From the NCBI RefSeq assembly GCF_031769215.1, contig NW_026781975.1:496001-560000 (forward strand): DNA of 64,000 nt, given 5' to 3'. The first letter of the stretch is position 1. Every line of letters starts with the position of its first letter. Made by a program: the position numbers and the translations under genes. The notes beneath the pieces were generated by a model that saw only the letters and a program-made list of their open reading frames with translations, was not told the origin of the DNA and did not search any database. Source of the DNA: Ylistrum balloti (Eukaryota). Of this stretch, positions 36,908-50,404 are shown piece by piece.

Positions 36908-39900
36908 CTATTTACTCTCCTTGTCTTTATCCTTTTTTCCGTCTTCTTTTTTACCAGAATCTTTTTGCATTATAGAACTCATAGCGTTTTGTATAGTTTC
37001 ACTATGGGGATCCACACCTGGTAAATTCTCTAGTACATTTTGTAAAAATTCTGGATCATTCATCACTTCGGAGTAATCTTCATCACTCTGGAAAACAAGA
37101 CATACACATTTAGTTAAAAAGAAATATCGCCACTGATGTAGTCTTTGTGATAGGTATCTAGGGGGAATAACTCTTACAAATTGAAGAAGTCTTTATCATT
37201 GAAGTAAATTATTCAATCATTGTCATCATCATATTTACATTATAGACACAATGTTTGTTGAAATCAAAGACAATTTCTTGTGCTTGAACATTAACAAATT
37301 TCAATTCACAAAAACAAAGCATACTGGCAGATTGTAAAAATATTTCTTATTTAACTGGTAAGTCTTCTTAAATAATCCATCTAAAGGGAATCTCATTTCA
37401 TTTCGTGAGATTCATCTGACACTTTAGACACAAATTATGTCTGATAACTTACAGATTTTTTCTCCTCTGGTTCTGCTGTCCCAGCTTTGGCCTCATCATC
37501 TACATCCATAGGTGCTGGAGTGTTCTGAGTGGTGTTGGCAGCTAGATAAGTCATAAATCAGAGATATTCAACCTTACTCCAAAAATACAGTAATAGATAT
37601 TTCAAACAAAAAAAATATAAAGCAAAGTTGTTTAAAAAACAGATTTGTTATGTTAATTGTTTTGTCATTTGGCCTATTAGATTATCAATTCTCTTCATAG
37701 TGCAGAGATGGTCCACAATTACCAGACAACTGTTTTAAATGTAGGTTTTAATGATATTTTTCAATAAGTTTAATTGCAAATTAAATTGCTACAAAGAAAA
37801 CTTTCTTCATGACAGTAGTTGTGTAGTACATGTGTCTCTGATCTTTAGCAAATGTATATTTTCTGCTTTGAAGCATGTTGTGTGTACAACCTGTATCTCT
37901 CCTTATTAGCAAATGTATATTTTCTGCTTTGAAGTAGGTTGTGTGTACAAGAATAAAAATTTTAAATCTAGCTGTTATCTCAACTGTTTTGAATTTATGG
38001 CCTTGACAAGAAATCATTAGAAGAATCAATGTCGCATTTGAAGAGGTGACAGAATACAGCCCCACTCTCTTGATTTTGAATGTCTAAACATATCTTTGCT
38101 CTTGATAATCATTTTTGCCATCAATTATAGATAAAGTATTGAAGTTTGCATAATACCAAAATATTTCAAAGCTTTGATTTCATAAATTATTGTTAAATTG
38201 TCCATTATCTTGCTTTAATTATCAATCTGACAATAAGCTAACAAGATTAATTTCAATTATCATATTTCACATATCAATAGAGCAAAAAGTAAAAGTCTTT
38301 TTTAAGTAAAGAGATATCATAACCATATTTAATGGATCAAGATCCTAAACTCAAAATCAATATCATAATGGTTGACAATTTTGCTCACATGCCCACAACC
38401 AATCATAGACACCTAGTATAATGTAACCCCATTGCTAGGAAGAAAAACCAACCAGAGTTTGCTAATGACATCTGCATAGCGTAAGCTATTTGCTCTTCCT
38501 CTGACATGGAGCCAAAATCTGGTACACTGGGTGTAGTGGCCTGTTGCTCCATGGCATCTGGTTGCATGGACATTGCTAGGGCTTGCTCCAGCATCGCCTC
38601 ATCCGAGTTCCCTGAAGTGACGGTAACAAAGAAATCCAATGTACTTTATCACATAATTGGGCTGTAATCCAGTGCATTTGCTTATTATACTTTGTGGAAA
38701 TGTCAATAGTATTTATACCCAAAGAGTGTTTGTCAGTCAGCCAGTCAGAAATTTAATGTGATAACATGAAATACACAATGAAGAAGGTCGTGAATTGAAC
38801 ATGGTGCAACAAAACAGCTACCTATGTTTAATTTTGTCCTCAAGATTTTTATTTTAAAACCTGCAAATTGTAACTTTTCTGAGTTATGTGATACATATAA
38901 TTTTAAAGTTGTCTTCATGTCATATTTGATTTTATTGGAAAGATAAACAATTCTGTGACTTGTTTCATAAAACTTCATATGAAATGTCAACTCACTTAAC
39001 ATCCTATACTTACTCATCTATTCTAAGTCTTTAAGCTTAAATTTTGAACGATAAATCCCTGTTTGGGAGCAATGATGGGAAATATTTAATAAAATCTCCC
39101 GAGGCCTGGTTGATAGCAATATAATCAACAGTGAGATGAAATGACAGGAAAATACCACAGGGAGTTTAAAATCAAATAGTTTCTCTACCATAACCAAACA
39201 TATTCTGATCAGTACCTCCTGTAGTTGTTTCCATGCTCTGCACTTGTCCTTCCTCTGGTGCTGGTACTGTTTTCTTGGCCTCGTCTTCCTGTCGTGCTCT
39301 TTGCTCTTCCATGGACACTCTTAGTGCCTAAATAAATAAAAGTTTCAATATGAAAAGTACCAACATGAATGTATAAAGCCTTCATATTCTGCAATGATAT
39401 AATTTTCAGATGAAATAAACAGTGCTCTTAAAAAACTATCAGCAATAACTATATCAGGAACAGTACATAAGGACCATAAACCAATTTTTTTGTGATTACT
39501 CGCTTTCTTGTTAATATGTCCACACTTTTCAAAACATACCAAACTGATCCTTTCAACCATCCCATGAATAGATCATAACTCAAAACCTCAATACTTGTGT
39601 AATAAATTACATATCAGATAAACCATGATTTATGGAAGAGTTTACGAAAATTACAAAATGTCATAATGCATATCTTATAGTAGAGGTATAAATGAAATAT
39701 TCCATTCAAATGGTATTTAACAAACCCAATGTTATGATTAAATACATCAGACTCTATATCAAATAATCTAGTATACATTGTATTGGTTAATTCCTATACT
39801 TACAAGTGCTAATTCTGGATCTTCATTAGGATCAACACCAAACTCAAATCCAACTGCTTGCATGGCTGCACCTGATCCGTCCTCACCCACAACTATAGGT

Positions 39901-42900
39901 GAGTTCATCAAAGCCTCAGATAACATGGGGCCAGGCGGAATGGTCACTAGGTGGGATCTGAGTAAAACAATAAACATGAATGTGAAACGACTGAAGGTAT
40001 GGTTATAGAGGTTATAACAGCAATGATCTATTAATGTATATATATTACACTTGTTTTTCTTTTATTCCATGAGGATAATCACATACATATTGAATAGTTA
40101 CTGAGTGATAAATTTCTGATAAGATTTTGCATGTTAAAATGTTATAATAGTAAAGAACACTTTTCAGAATCCTTAAAAGAACAGCAACAATCAGTCATGT
40201 TATTTTTAACTGTTTACTGGTAAAATAATCCTCTTAGTTTACATATTTGTATAAGGCTATTCCAGCACAAAATCTTCCTGACCCCCAGGACCTCCAGAAT
40301 GAATCACTTCAATTCAAGTCAGGGTTTCTGGTAATGTTCTTACCCATTTCTTCTTTGCAAATTAAAAATGAAATTATACGGGAGGTATTCCAAGACAAAA
40401 GCTGGAAGATATTTTACTGGTCCAGGAATAGCCCTTACTACTTCCATGATGCAATGAAGTGTTTAAAATTAAACTGACATTAAATTTTTAGCAAGTGTCA
40501 GATAACTTCAACTCTGAAATTTTCAAGATACCATATATGCATCATTTGTTTATTCAGAACGAAATTGTGAATCTGGATACCCATTAAGATAGGAAACTAG
40601 GAAACATTGTCTTCCATCAGTGTCAACAGTAAGATATTATTTTAAAATCACATATCTCACTGATTACACTTTATCTAATTGTAATATGTTCGCATGCATT
40701 CTTATGATTTTGTTTTCTTACATCATGGTGAGACTTGAAAACTTTACTAATATTGTATGGATAATACAAGAAGCTGCCCTAAATAAGATTATTTCTTGTC
40801 TCGCATGAGCAAGTAAATGTGTAAGCATGATGGTTAACTTGCCGAACATAATTTTATCACGAACTTGTGACCCAACACAGGTGTTTATTACCTCATTCTA
40901 AATTTTACAGAATGGTTGCTTGATGCAATGAAATGAATAATAAAATAATAATAACGATGATATTGTTACAATGGGTTGATTTTATAAGCTCTCCTCAGTT
41001 TTAGTCCTACTCTACTGAGATACATTTCAAGTTGGGGCAAATATGTTGAGAATCCAAGTTAAGGTTGGATATTAAAATGTTGGTACCTGGTGCCAAATCC
41101 CTTTGACAACTTAACTACATACCCAGTGCCATCCTTTCCATTCAGAGCATTTATCATGGCAGTCAGTTTTTCTGTGTTTAAACCCTTCAAAGAAATCATA
41201 AGAGACATCAGACAAAAGTTGCTTTTTACACATACTTAGATTCATTTAAAAAAATTATCATTTATATAATTGTGTAGTTGGTATACAGTATCATTCTGGT
41301 ATAGTTTATATATATATACTTCAATTGTACAACGTAAAATTTGATAACATCTGTGTGATCGGATATTTAGAGGCCATATTTATATCAATTTATGTGCAAA
41401 CTACAATATGATACATGATCTATTTTCAAATACATTTTTATATTTGGTCATAATTACCTCTTCACCAAAGTTGATGACGTCCATATTTACTTTTTCTTTT
41501 TTGAGTTTTTTGGCCATTTTCACTAACTGTGCATAAACAACAAATATCAAAAATACTTCAAAGTAGATATACCTTATTATAATGCAATCAATTTCTTGGC
41601 TCCCAGTGATTAATTTTGACAGAATTTTTGGGTGTGCACATTAAGCAAGTAGAAGCATTTTTTACCAGTTTCAGCCACAAAAAGTACCTGAGCACATTAC
41701 ACAGAGTTTTACTGTACATCAAGCAGAGTCGAAGAAAAAAAATATCAACATATTTCTATCATGGTTACAATCATAGGTTCAAGTGAAATATTGATCTAGA
41801 CTTAGAATTTAGCAAGCCATCTTCCATAAATGCAAAAATGTTCTACATGTAAATGTTGATTCAAAAATTCAAATATATACCAAGTCTGATTCAGTATTTT
41901 TTTTCTTGACTAGGGTCTGGGCTCAAATCATAAAAGAACGTTAGAATGATCTGATATTTTTAGACAACAAATGTAAGATCTGAGGTGTGCAAAATTTCTT
42001 CCATCAAGTATGTAGGTCAAAACAGACTGCAGTAATCTATTCATATTCAGCAAATATAGAATTATTTCAAAGCATAGTATTTGAGTCATTTGAAGAAATA
42101 TCAATGGAAAATTGAAGATTACATTATTCCATCTAGGATAAACTTTCCATCTAGGATAAACTTTAATTTGAGAACTTTCAATGCTGTGTGCATGTGATTA
42201 TCCAAGGAGTTAACAGTATAAAGAATACAATTTAAAATTGAAATAGAACTTAACGTTACTCTGAAGACAGAAAATCATTATGTAATTAATAACTGTACAT
42301 TTTTTGTAATTAATTACTGTAAACATTTTGTAATTAATAACTGTAAACATTATGTATGTTATTAATTACTGTACACAATATTATACTCACTTCTTTCTCA
42401 TCTTCCAAAATTGGACTGCCTACAAACAACACTATCCTCATCTTGTGGTTTCGTCCTTGTCTGTGCTTGAGTGACAGCTGTAAATCAAATTTCAATATCT
42501 CACCATGTTACCACTATAATCATGAAATACAGAAAGATAAAATACTGAGACACTTTTCAAATTTTAACATACAGGTACACAACTAAAACATGCATTCTAA
42601 CCACCAACCTTTGAACTATAGTCAAATATGGTGACAGTAATCTTGGTTAATTGGTAACCGATACATGTAGCTTTGGTACTGTACATCAGAGTAGCAAATC
42701 AATGCATTTCCATTAAAGTAAGATATCAAACATAAAACATAAAATGATTTGTGCTCTATTTTGACGCTTTTACTGATTTCTAATCACACTACATCTCACA
42801 ATTCAAGTTTACTATTTTGAATGAAAACACATTAAAGTAGGAAATTACATGAGCCACTTTGAGAGCTGTTCCAAACTTGATATCTCCTTTGGGCTGGACT

Positions 42901-45127
42901 TGATGGAGTTTGCTAAGAATTCGACCAACATCAGTTGTAAGTGTAGCCAAAACCTCAACACTGAAAGAAAATCAAACTAAATGTACACACCAAAATAGCA
43001 GCTCTTATAAAAGAAGCAGTAGAAGATACATTTATTAGTTGTGTTTTAAGAACTTCTATTCTATTGACATAAGGACCTTAAAGAAAACACTCCCAAATAT
43101 ATGTACTCACATACTGGAAAATCTTAAACCAGCAACACTCGAAAGAAATTAATCTTACATGTTGTCCAGTGAAACTGATGAAATTGTCCATCTTTGTTAC
43201 ATTTGTAATCTTTTTAACTCCCAACAAAGAGCCATTCAAGTATTAAATATTGATTTTTATTGAAAGTTCAATTGATGAAGTAATTACAAAATGTAGATTG
43301 AATCAGTTTCATACAAAATTGCTTAGTAATTCTTTAAAGTATCTCTATGTGGGCATCTTCTCAGAGATACTGAAATATTCTATGGTCAGCTTTAGATTTA
43401 CTTTCTGATCTATCGTGATGAGATATATCTTAGAAATGAAAAACTTGCCTGGTGATATGAACAGGCAGAGTGTGAAAATAAAATTGTTGTTTCAGTATCA
43501 GATTCTCAGAATTGTTGGCAGTATAAAGGGCTGATATGTCAAAGACAATCTCTGGGATATATTAGTAGGATGATATTTGGCTTAGTCTTAGTGACTATAT
43601 CCAAAGAGAGATAGTTCTCAGTGAACTCATCCTTCATACTCCATGGGTTACAATCACTTTCACTCTCTGTGCCCCTGGAACAAATCATGGCAAAACTGAA
43701 GGCACAAGCAAAGTAATTGGATTGGTTCCAGGAGAAATAAGCTGACCAGTCTCAGGCTGATATGTTCTGTTTAAAAATTACAAAAGAGAGACACCTAACT
43801 TCAAAGCTATTAAAATATATCATTATGCATCCTAAAGATTCATTTGATGCACATCAAAGAATCAAACATGTCTTTTTGTTTTGTCAACAAGGTGTTGCAG
43901 ATGGAACCTTCAATTTTGCTGTGACATGTTCAATGGATGCACAGAGCGAAAGTGATTGTAACCCCTGGAGTATGGAAAATGCAGTATAATGGATATCAAG
44001 AAATCTTATTTTTTAAATTTAGAAAATTGTTCCAAGCATGTCTATAGAACATGCACATTCAAAGTTATAATGATATTAGCTACTCATGATCTTGACTTTG
44101 TATTCATTTACTAGTTGGGCAACAAAATGTCTTTAGATTAAAAGAGAGATATATAAATATCTGACTTAAATGATAATAACTACAGTTTGTTTTTTTATAA
44201 CAATCGCATGTAGTGTCAGCAAATCTAGCAAACATATGCGGCTTCAAACTTATACCTTGACATGGTCAGGAGGCCAACATTGTTCTCTGGGTTTGCTCGT
44301 GTCTTAGAATGGCAGACAAGGTTTACTGCATCTTGCTGGGCTTGTAGTCTTGTGGGAACAAAATCTCCATTTCTCATATAGTCACTGTTGTCAACACTGA
44401 AAAAATTATCAGTTGTACAGTTTAACATGATAATCATGATCCTATGCTAATCAGAATCTTAAACACTCAATCACTTGTCCATAGGCTATAAATAAGATCT
44501 GTCAGTGATTAGACTGTACTGGTTAAGGGCTACATTGTATATTTATGCCAAGTGTTTCTATGTAAGGCTTATCCATTTTGGACTTGCAACACAGCTTGAA
44601 AAAAAACCATTATTTCCTCCCAAAAGCCCCGACAGAAATCGAACCTTCGGAGTTTCAAATTCCGACTTAGTTAGATACGGTTTAACATCTCAAAAAATGT
44701 ATGTGAGGCAATGTCTGGGGTAGAGCTATATTGACAGATCTTGTCGAGGCTGGTACCTGTGGGCCGAGTGGTCTAGTCTGACTTACTAATCCTGAATAAG
44801 GCCAAACCTTAATATTAAACAACGGGCGTCCATTTTTAACAATAACATCAATTGAATCTAAATTGACTTAAATGAAAATATCAGACAATGGTAAGAAGAA
44901 GAAATTTAACGTATTTTTAGGACCATTCGATTTCGCTTCGTCATTTAGACAAAAAACATAACTGTATGGGGATGCCGTATAAACACTTTGGCAAACTGCG
45001 TTAAAAAGAAGACATTCTTCAACAAACGTCAAAATCATCGTTTAAATACTCAGTTTCGTTAATGTTATTCTACACAACGTGACAATTTTAATCTTGCTTA
45101 CCAGACAATCGTACTTTCAAGCACCAT
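36908..45127 (-). CDS. PSMD4: 26S proteasome non-ATPase regulatory subunit 4 (Rpn10/S5a); exons 45127-45102, 44396-44256, 42960-42849, 42477-42391, 41526-41458, 41184-41123, 39957-39804, 39327-39216, 38611-38453, 37541-37453, 37087-36908
   Basis: The vWA domain reads [33 protein letters not shown]. Other motifs are [50 protein letters not shown] and [17 protein letters not shown]. All introns are GT-AG with consistent phase. Confidence 0.97.
44625..44692 (-). other. Degenerate tRNA-like/SINE-head fragment in PSMD4 intron 1
   Basis: The minus strand has an anticodon-arm-like CGGAA-TTTGAAA-CTCCG and a B-box-like GGTTCGATTTC. There is no complete cloverleaf. Confidence 0.25.
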
Positions 45128-45371
45128 CTTGGAACGGTATGGTCAAATGGCTGTACTCCCAGTTGATTGGTTGTAAAATTTTAATTTGGAAAATTTTTAG
45201 TTTAATATACTGATCAGTGTAAGCATTAGTTCTAAATTCATTTAAATATTCAACGACATATTTTATTGAAACCATTTTTTGAAAAATAATAAAAATTCAA
45301 AAAGTGCGTTCCTAGTCCTTTGATCAAACTAATCAGTAAAGACGAATAGAAAATATCCGGTTTTCTGTGCT
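45128..45371. promoter_or_regulatory. Putative bidirectional promoter between the PSMD4 and RCCD1 start codons (244 bp)
   Basis: The ATGs at 45127 (-) and 45372 (+) diverge. A CCAAT box lies on the minus strand (GATTGG at 45165-45170). Confidence 0.75.
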
Positions 45372-48300
45372 ATGGATGTTTGGAGTGCAGGTTTCAATGG
45401 TTTCGAACAAATTTTACGACAACAGCGACATGAAAGTGTAATATCAATCCCTACACGTATAAAATCTAGAAGTCGAATATCACAGATCGTTGGTTCGTGG
45501 TCACAACTCGCATTCATCTATGGTAATAACAAAACCAACTTTAGACTTGCGCAAGTCCCATTTTATTGCAAGAAGTCTGCTATAATCTTGGACATTAGGG
45601 AAAGATCTGGAAAATAAAATGGCCAAGAGTGGCTAGCTTGTTTTTTGACAATGCTGGATTGACCATTCTTAAATTTCATTAGTAGGTTCCTCTTGGTCGT
45701 GAGTTGTGCATTGTCTATTCTTTTTATTAGTTTCAAAAACTAAATTGTTGACACTGAAAGTTTGTAAACGCTATATTTTGAGTACTGGATTGATTTTTCT
45801 AAAATTTGCAATATATTCTATTCTTCCTCTTGCTCCCTAGATATGCTGGCTTTCAATTTTTAATAGATCAGATCAACAAAATGGCTGACAGATCGCCATC
45901 TTGGATTTGATAATCATTATTGCTTTTTCTGAAGAGGAATTATCCATGTTCATACAATTAAGAGCAAGAACAGGGGAAATGTAGAAACGAAGCGAAAAGA
46001 TAAAACTTACAAAGACCAAACGATAGTGTAAGCGAACAACAGTATTCGCCTGCAGTTTAAGTAATTATGAAAGTTTGTTATACCAATTTCTTTGTAGGTG
46101 GATCTTTTTCAGATTTCTGATTTATGTTTGGTCACCTGTGGTTGCCTTTAAATTTTGGGAGATATCAGATAGACAAAATGGTAAATAGGTTGCCAGCTTG
46201 GAGTTTGACAACAAAATATTGTTATTGCTATTTCTTGAGAATTAAGTTCGAGATGATCTTTTATTCTAATGAATTATCTTGACCAACTTTCAAGGTAATA
46301 AGTTTCAAATGTGTAGTTAAAAATTCTTATTTTGCATTGATATTAGACCCTTGGCCCAGGGTTCTTGTGCATGCCATCTAAATTGATTTCCATGTTTGCA
46401 GAAATTTACTTCATTGACGGAAAGCCTCTTTTTAAAGAATACAAGAGGTACATGTATCTAGCAATTCAGGCCCATAATTGGGCCACTGTGTAGTTATCTC
46501 ACCAGAGGTTAGACAAAACATAAAACTATTAAGGCCTTTATTGTTTCATAAATGTTGAATATTATTTCATGTACACTTTTCATGAAATGGCAACAACATC
46601 ATATAGTGATGTCAGTTGAACGTATGATTCTGTTTGTTATCTTATATGAACATTCAACAGAGTAAAGAAATTAGAAAAGGGGTTGGAAGGGAAAACTGGC
46701 AATGAAGTTTGATCTCTCCATATCTTTATTGAATCCATTATGCCATTGTATATATTATGTCCATCTTAATCACTATATCAATATCATTTTATTGCAGATC
46801 ATGGCAACATTTTCACTTCTCCATCATTGGAAAAGGATGAGACTGAGAAAGGTAGTAATGGAGAGGGTAAACAAAGTGAAAATTCAAAGCAGTTATGTAA
46901 GAGTTTAACATGTTTCAACGACCAAATTGTGGCTATGTTTGATAATGGCTGTATCAAAATATTGACATCTTGTGGCATGAGGGGTGTGAACTGTAGTGAT
47001 ACGGAGGTCATCACTAATAGTGACTTAAACAACAGATCTTTGGACTTTGTCAACCAACAACCACATGGTACCACAGGTACTAAGAGCATCCATGGCACAG
47101 ACAAGGAATTACTGTTTCTTGAAGGTAGGTGACAATTCATGTTTATGTATTACTTTGAGCCAATTGATATAAATTCAATGATACCTTGAACTGTAGAAAA
47201 CTGGTGGAGTACACTGCAATCAAGGTTTTCATACTTTCATTACTAGAGGGTTGGATAACAAGGGCTAGAAATATTGGAAAGAAAATACATGCAACAGCAC
47301 ATACATATTGTGTTAACATCTGATTTATTTCCTTATTATTCTTTCCTTCTGCCCACCTTTGTGGTTGGATAGTGTTCCTGCTAAATATATTGTTTATTTC
47401 AATGGTTTTAGCAACGACAACTTATGATTGTGTTGTTCAACAGTGCCAAATGCATGCTACAGTTGTTTGATACACATGTGGTCAACCACTTAACATATGA
47501 AAGGTGCAGAGGTAGTGTGATGCAAAAAATAAAAAACATTTAACATTCTTCTGTTTATGTTCTGAAACTTAATGTAACAGGCAATCGTAGTTGTGCATAT
47601 TTTCAGGACTCAGGGAAATACCTATAATGTAGCTGAGTCATAAACACTTTATTATACCAGGATACTCAAAAGCTTAATTGAAGAAAAGATTGTAGATATT
47701 CTAGACTCTGTATCAACTAGAGTCTAATTTAAAATCCTTACATGTATTTTTTTTTGGTGCTCCTTTTCCCCCACTTGGTTAGATATATATATATGTTATT
47801 TATCAGAATGATACAAAAGACCCTAATTTTATATTTGATCAAAATAAGACTTTATTGTAGTATGATCACACTGTTGATTTCTCTAAAAAGTAAAATATTA
47901 TACAGTAATTTGGTCCATGCATTGCGTTTCTAGACATAAAATAAATTTTGTGAATATTTGTTGGAATAGTTAATATGATACCAGCAATATATTGTGATAT
48001 TTTCAAACTGCTTTGTATGTAAATTTACATATCTTACAGAGACTGGAAAACTAAGCTGTTGCACCCTTACAAATCTTGATACCACGGACTGGATTATTTC
48101 CACTTCAACACCTGTTTTATGTGCCGAGCCTATAGTGGCTGTTAGCTGTGGAAAGGAACATGTGCTTTTATTAGGCCAGAACAGGCAGATTTACTCCTAT
48201 GGAGGAGGCAGGTATGAACAACAGAAGTAGGGAAGATAAAAAGTTAGCTATCCATTAGTCTGACGTATTTGTTCTTATTTTAATGTAATGAAATTATTTT

Positions 48301-50346
48301 GATGCTGGCTCAGAACATTTGACAAATAACAAAAAATAAAAAATGAGATGAAATGCAGGATTTCTTGAAGTGCAGAATCATAGGATTCAACACTAAATGT
48401 ACGAACATGTCTGATCAGTTGATTTAGGTATACGTTTGTTATAATTAAAATCATGTTGTTTGATAATCTTTCAGTCGTGGTCAATTAGGCCATGGAAATG
48501 TTGTGGACCAGAAAGAGCCACAGCTTGTGGAGGCACTCGCAGGTGTGGGCTTTTGCTCAGTGGCATCTGGCGGATGGCATTCTGTGGCATTGTCAGGTAA
48601 CTATCTTTACTGTGTAATGTACTTAATTATAGGCCACCTTAAAACTTATTTTTATATTTTGGAACATTTTCTTAAGGTTCATAACGTCAACAGAATAGAA
48701 ATTCTTATAACATTACCAGTAGAAGATTTGAGTGTGATATTTCGTTTTGTCCTTTTCAACACTGGTCATTTGTCTGATGAATGTGACCATGTAGTCACCA
48801 AAACGTCACACTCTAATCTTCTACTAGTTGTGATATAAAAACTTCTATTCTATAAGTGATTCTTATGTTTGTACTTCACTTTATTTGAAGACTTTATCCC
48901 AAAGTACAACGTAAAACAGTGGAAGATCATTATTATACTGCGGGGTAATTGTGTCATTGGAAACAAACTTAATTTTTAGTTTGTATTTTTGAAATGTTTG
49001 TTGAACATGTTTAAGGCTTAATTTACATTTGGACTAACAAAGTCACATTGGAAACAAACTTAATTTTTAGTTTGTATTTTTGAAATGTTTGTTGAACATG
49101 TTTAAAGCTTAATTTACATTTGGACTAACAAAGTCACATGTCTATTTATTCCAAGATGATTGGATACTGGGTAATGAAACTTATCCATTATTTATATAAA
49201 AATGGCAGGAAAATTTAATTTAATTGTGATAAATTCTTTACCAATGTTTTACCTGTTCCCTTTCCTATTAAGCATTCTTTGTTTCCCCTTCATCTGGATC
49301 AGGCACTAGATTAATACCAGGTTATATTGTACAGCTCCGGAAAGGTGGCAATTATCAAATATTTCAGAGTTTTAAATAAAATAATGTAATTTTAAATCAA
49401 TCTAGAATTTCGAAAATCATAATCATTGTCAAGCAATAATAAAAATTTAATTATCAAAACAATTTTCATTCATTATTATTTTACCTAAAAAATATGGCAC
49501 ATATATCAATGTGACTTTTATTTGAACAAATCAATTCACAGCTATGAACTAAGTCATTGTTATTACAACATCTAGTCTCCTCTCAATGCATGATTAATTG
49601 ATATTAAGTTTTAACAATCTCGATCAAGTTGTCATTTTTTCGATATTATCCAGTATTTGTACATCAAAGAGATAAAAATATGATCTGTTAAAATTAAGAT
49701 ATTGGTACTTGTAGCATAACAATGAATACTATGATAGTATAGATTGTTTTCATGATTTCCTTGTAGATATTGGAGATGTTTGGGTATGGGGTTGGAATGA
49801 GAGTGGACAACTTGGATTGCCATGTAGTAAAAATGACAGTGATAGGAAATCCCGGCATAGCAAATCTCCAGATCATTCCGAGGTAGATGTTCCACATAGC
49901 AAATCTCCAGATCATTCCGAGGTAGATGTTCCACATAGCAAATCTCCAGATCACTCCGAGGTAGATGTTCCACATAGCAAATCTCCAGATCACTCCGAGG
50001 TAGATGTTCCACATAGCAAATCTCCAGATCATTCCGAGGTAGATGTTCCACATAGCAAATCTCCAGATCACTCCGAGGTAGATGTTCCACATAGCAAATC
50101 TCCAGATCACTCCGAGGTAGATGTTCCACATAGCAAATCTCCAGATCACTCCGAGGTAGATGTTCCACATAGCAAATCTCCAGATCATTCCGAGGTAGAT
50201 GTTCCACATAGCAAATCTCCAGATCACTCCGAGGTAGATGTTCCACATAGCAAATCTCCAGATCACTCCGAGGTAGATGTTCCACAAAAGAAAACCCAAG
50301 CTGTCAACAAATTAGGAACAGACAACAAACTTATCAATAATCAAGC

Positions 50347-50404
<58 letters not shown>

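Noticed and set aside
49856-50284. Per-unit GAG|GTAGAT donor and CTCCAG|AT acceptor as a way to splice variable numbers of units
   Set aside because: The donor is phase 0 and the acceptor phase 1, so joining them would frameshift. The polypyrimidine tract is also weak.
49632-50299. Minus-strand ORFs (217 and 201 aa) over the 39-bp repeat
   Set aside because: They are antisense shadows of the RCCD1 coding repeat.
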